Program-made: the position numbers and the translations under genes | Source of the DNA: an uncultured Planctomycetota bacterium | GTDB lineage: Bacteria > Planctomycetota > Planctomycetia > Isosphaerales > Isosphaeraceae | NCBI GenBank assembly: GCA_963737655.1 | Contig: CAVTTN010000002.1 | Coordinates: 5,856,001 to 5,920,000, forward strand | DNA length: 64,000 nucleotides | Direction of reading: 5' to 3' | The notes under the pieces: generated by a model | Seen by the model: the letters and a program-made list of their open reading frames with translations, nothing else | Told to the model about the DNA's origin: nothing | Databases searched by the model: none | In this document: piece by piece, positions 59,878-64,000 of the stretch | How positions within the stretch are numbered: the first letter of the stretch is position 1 | Layout: every line of letters starts with the position of its first letter

Positions 59878-60489
59878 CGCCTGCTCTCCCGGTTCGGAGG
59901 ACCCCCGAGGCCGGCCCGCCGTGGTGACGGTCCAGTACGCCGTGGTCGGGGCCCTCGCGACCGGACGCATGCTCGCCGATCGGGACGATGCGCGGCAGTG
60001 GACGGCCGGCGGATGGGGCGGCCGGGACGCCCCCCGAGGCCCCGCGGGGCGGAAGCCGCTTCCGGGGACCGGGGCCGCGACGGTCGGAGGTGGGCGGTCG
60101 GTCTCGGCGTGGGGGCCCCGGCCGTAGGGGCCAAGCCACGCCCCCCGGGCACGCCGGCGGGACGGCCGGCCGGCGGGCGAGGCCGGGGCCGGGGCCGACG
60201 AGACGGGCCGGGGCCGGGGCCGGGGCCGGGGGACGTCACCCCCCCGCCCGGCCGGGCGGGGCGGGTCGGAGGTCGTCCGCGGCCCGGGGGCCGTGCCGAG
60301 ACGCGGCGGGGCCGGGATCGTCGAAGCCCCCCGCCTCGGGTCGACAGCGACGACCGAACCGGCCGCCGAGCGGCGAGGCCCGCCCGGGCGGGGTCGGTCC
60401 CGAGGCACGCCCGAGTGGGAGGTCGGGCGGCGGCGAGGCGGTGGGTCCCCAGGTCGGTGGCGAACGATCCGTCTGTCCCTGAGGATCGA

Positions 60490-61892
60490 CTAACGCTCAC
60501 CATGGAGGGGATCATCCTCCGAATCGGAGGGAATCTGTCCTCCCAATGAACGTTTCGGGGTCTCTTGGGAGGGCTTCTCGCGGCGACCCCTGAGGAGGCG
60601 GGCGGCCACCGCGGCGGCCACCGCCTGGCCGGCGGGCGTCAGCGACCAGGTCGTCTCCCCGCCCTCGCGGCGGAACTCCAGCAGGCCGCCCTCGCGGAGG
60701 CGGTCCCGGGCGTCGCGGAGGGTCTTGGGCCGGTGGCCGGCCGCCCCGGCGCGGTCCTGGACCTCCCGGCTCGGCAGGGGGCGGCGGGCCAGCACGCCGA
60801 GGATCCAGTCCCCCGCCGCCGCGGTCTTCGGCGGCCTGGGCGGCGCCCCCGCGCCAGGTACCTCTCCGGGTCGATCGTCACGCGGGCCTTGCCCATCGAC
60901 AGGGCCTTGAGATTTCGGGGCGAGTGCTCCTCGAGCCATCGGGGCGGGCCCGCCGCGGCGGCCCGGGCCGCCATCGCCTCGAGCAGCGCCCGGGGCCGGC
61001 CGGGGCCGAGGCCGGGGGGCAGGCCGTCGAGCCAGTCGGCGACGTCGGCCTTCTCCGCCGGGGGAGGGAATGCCGGGTCGATGCCCGCCATGGCGTCGAG
61101 GTCGACGATGGTCACCGCGGCAGGCCGGGGGTTCGGTCGGCGGGCCTTGGCGACGACCGCCGCGGCCCACCGCCGCCCGGCCCTGTCGTGGTCGGGCACC
61201 ACGACGACCCGCCTGCCGGCCAGGGGCTGCAGGGTGGTCCGGCCGACGGCGTCGGCCCCGAAGGCGGGCGTCGTCGCGACCAGGCCGATCGCCCGGAGTC
61301 GGTCGGCGCACTGCTCGCCCTCGCAGACCCAGACCTCGTCGGCGGCCAGGACCTCGGGCAGGCCGTAGAGCGGGAGGCGCGCCCCGTTGGGCTGCTCGAG
61401 GGCCCATCGGCCGTCGGGGCGGCGGACGGCGGTCCGGAACTGCTTGGGGCCACCGTCGCGGGGGCGGAACCGGAGCACGGCGAAGTGCGGCGTGCCGTCG
61501 CGGCGGCGGTAGGGGTACGTCGCGACGTGGTCCCAGGGGCGGGTCCGCAGGACGTAGGCGAGGGCGTCCTCCAGGGTCGCGTTCAGCCGCCTACCCCGCC
61601 CGTGCGGCCCCGGGCGCGTCGAAGGCCGGGCGGCGGCCCATCGCGGCAGAGGCAGGCCGATCGCCGCGGCGACGTCCTCTCGCGGGCAGCCGGCGCGGCA
61701 ACGGCAGGTCACGCCGCGGTGGTCGTGGGTCACGGCGAGCGAGGGGCGACGGTCGGCGTGCGCCGGGCAGGTGCCCTCGTACTGGGGCCGGCCGCCGCGG
61801 CCCGGGGCCGCCGGCCGGAGCCTCCGGTCGCCGACCTCGTACGCCGATCGGGACCGCTCGAACGCCTCGCGGCCCGCCGCCTCGTCCGCCAT
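60490..61892 (-). CDS. Zn-finger/TOPRIM primase-like protein with frameshifted winged-helix tail
   Basis: CPAHADRRPSL...CRAGC; VCEGE; PDHDRAG; KADVADW; tail WILGVLA...SREVQ...KTLRDARDRL in frame 60490-61407. Confidence 0.75.
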
Positions 61893-62859
61893 GGGCGTGC
61901 GCCTCCTCGCCCCCCCTCGCGACGCGGGGACGACCCCATTCTTCGGGACCGCGGCCCCGGGACGGCAAGCCGGACGCGTAGCCTCTCTTCCTGCCGGACG
62001 GCGACCTCCGCGGGGGCGCCGAGGATCGGCGAGCCGACCGCCTCCGCCCTGCGTACCGGAGGGGCCGTGCCGGGATCGGGGTGGACGCGGCGTCCACGCC
62101 CGGGGAGGCTACACGTCATCGATCTCGGCGTCGCTCTCCAGTCGGTGGTACCCGGCCGGGGGCGTGGCGTCGTCCTCGTCGGGGCCCTCGCCGAGGGTGA
62201 TGATGTAGCCGGCCGGGCCGGCCTCGGTGATGTCCTCGGCCCGGCTCATCTCGTCGTCAGGGCAGGAGCCGGGGGCGTTCGGGTCGTCAACGCTCATGTT
62301 CGGCCACCTCCGCCGGGTAGGCTCGTCCGGACTCTTCGGGGCCTCGGGAGTCGGCGGGAATACCTCTCCCCGGCCCTCCCGGATTCTACGCCACCCGATG
62401 GCCCCGCCCCCGGGCCCCCGACCCGAACTCGGGCCTCGACCGATGGGGGCGGAGCGAGCGGCCGTGGACGCCGCGTCCACGCGCGGCGGGGCGGCCGGGT
62501 CGTGGAGAACCCACGCCACCGGGCGTCAGGGTCCCTGTGGCCGCTTCGCGAGCCGATCGCCTGCCCCGAGGGCCGGCGACCGGCAAGAACCCTGAAATCG
62601 CTCCCGGGCCGCGCCCTCGCCGTGCCCCGACAACGCACGGGCCTTGGCGCATCGGCGGACCGACAAACGCCTGGCGTCGCCCGGTCGGCGGCGTTAGGAT
62701 TCGGCGGGCGACGGGAATACGCTCTCGACGACGGGGCCTCCCGGCTCGTCGTGCGTCGGCGTCCCCGGCCCCTTGACCGAACCCCAGGTCCCGAGGCGAT
62801 GCCGCCTCGGCGGGGACCGAGCGATGAGGTTCAACAGGCGCCCGCTCAATCAGTGCCGA

Positions 62860-64000
62860 TGACCTGCCCCCGAATTCTGGTCCAGGGGTTATGAGAGTGC
62901 GGGGTTAGGGATCGTCACGGCCTCGGCCGGGGGGAGCGGAGCGACCCCCGGCTTGATCTGGGCCGCTGCGTACTCCGCCGGGGTCCGATTCCCCAGCGAG
63001 CGATGCGGCCTCCGGTGGTTGTAGTCCAGGCGATGATCTTCGAGGATCATCTTCGCCTCCTTCAGCGTCTCGAACGTCTCTCGGTCCAGCAGCTCGTCCC
63101 TCAGCCGGCTGTTGAACGTCTCGCTGTAGGCGTTCTCCCACGGGCTCCCCGGGGCGATGTACAAGGTCTTCGCCCCACGGCCGGCCAGCCAGCCCCTCGC
63201 CGCCTCGGCGATGAACTCCGGCCCGTTATCGCCGCGGATGAACTCCGGCTCGCCCCGGACCTCGAACAGGGACTCCAGGGTAGATACCACATCCTTCGCC
63301 GTCAGGTGCCGCTCGACCTCGATCGTCAGGCATTCCCTCGTGTACTCATCGACGATCGGCAGCATCTTCAGGCCCCTCCCGTCGGCGGTCTGGTCGTGGA
63401 TGAAGTCGTAGCTCCAGACGTGGTCGGGTCGCTCGGATCGCCGACGGGTGCAGCCGTTCTCGCTCTGCCCCAGACGGCGACGTTTCCTCCGGATCTGCGG
63501 CACCTTGAGGCCTCCTCGACGCCAGAGCCGATGCACCCGCTTGAGGTTGACCGACCACCCCTGCCGCACGAGCAGGGCCTTGATCCGACGGTAACCGTAG
63601 CGGGGGTTCCCTCGGGCCAACTCCCTGATCCGCAACAACAACTCTCCCTCTGGTCCTCGTTCGGTCCCGATGTACCGCCGGGTCGATCGGGGCACGCCCA
63701 GGGCCCGACAAGCCCGACGCTCGGAGATCTTGAACGAGGCCATCGCACGGGCGACGGCTTCCCGCCTCCGGGTCGGGCTCGACGAGTTTCCCCGGGCGGC
63801 CTCCTTGAGGATCGCCTTGTCCAGGGCCAGGTCGGCCACCAGGGCCTTGAGCCGGGCGTTCTCCTTCTCCAGCTCCTTGAGGCGTTTCATCTCGTCGGAT
63901 TTGATGCCGCCGAACTGGCTCCGCCAGCGGTAGTAGGTGTTCTCGGCGATGCCCAGGGCCTTGCAGATCTCGGGGACGGCGACTCCCTTGGCCAACTCGT
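62860..64000 (-). mobile_element. IS3-family element (IS407-like), continues past the window end
   Basis: OrfA (RLKELEKENARLK) and OrfB (YGYRRI, WSYDF, DNGPEF, PWENAYSE, YNHRRPH); end TGACCTGCCCC at 62860. Confidence 0.93.

Overview
High-GC bacterial chromosomal window. The gene content (PEP-CTERM proteins, paired vWA proteins, DUF3500, AAAAGGGGAC/AAAAGGGGTC REP-like repeats) suggests Planctomycetota, possibly Isosphaeraceae; this is inference. Layout: (i) 1-19 kb mostly core genes (surE, two vWA proteins, hydrolases, M2 peptidase), with an IS/REP-scarred patch at 1.9-6.6 kb. (ii) 19.9-37.8 kb is an integron-like gene-cassette array: 10 attC sites, 2 truncated attC, 2-3 attI-like sites and no intI in the window. 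(iii) 37.8-47 kb holds a transporter, an epimerase, a two-component system, DUF3500 and HupE/UreJ. (iv) From tRNA-Gly(CCC) at 47.25 kb to the window end is a tyrosine-integrase island with metabolic cargo, an IS1-like element, ParB-like and primase-like genes, and IS3. The main discovery is a 380-bp, apparently non-coding element present in six near-identical copies plus a remnant. It always sits at the same nucleotide of the attC R'' box (CGCC^TAAC), in one orientation, with no target duplication or terminal inverted repeats. It carries internal target-matching segments, supplies a replacement stop codon for the cassette gene, and leaves the attC TAAC/GTTA core intact. It is a candidate attC-targeting, possibly RNA-guided or intron-like, non-autonomous element.
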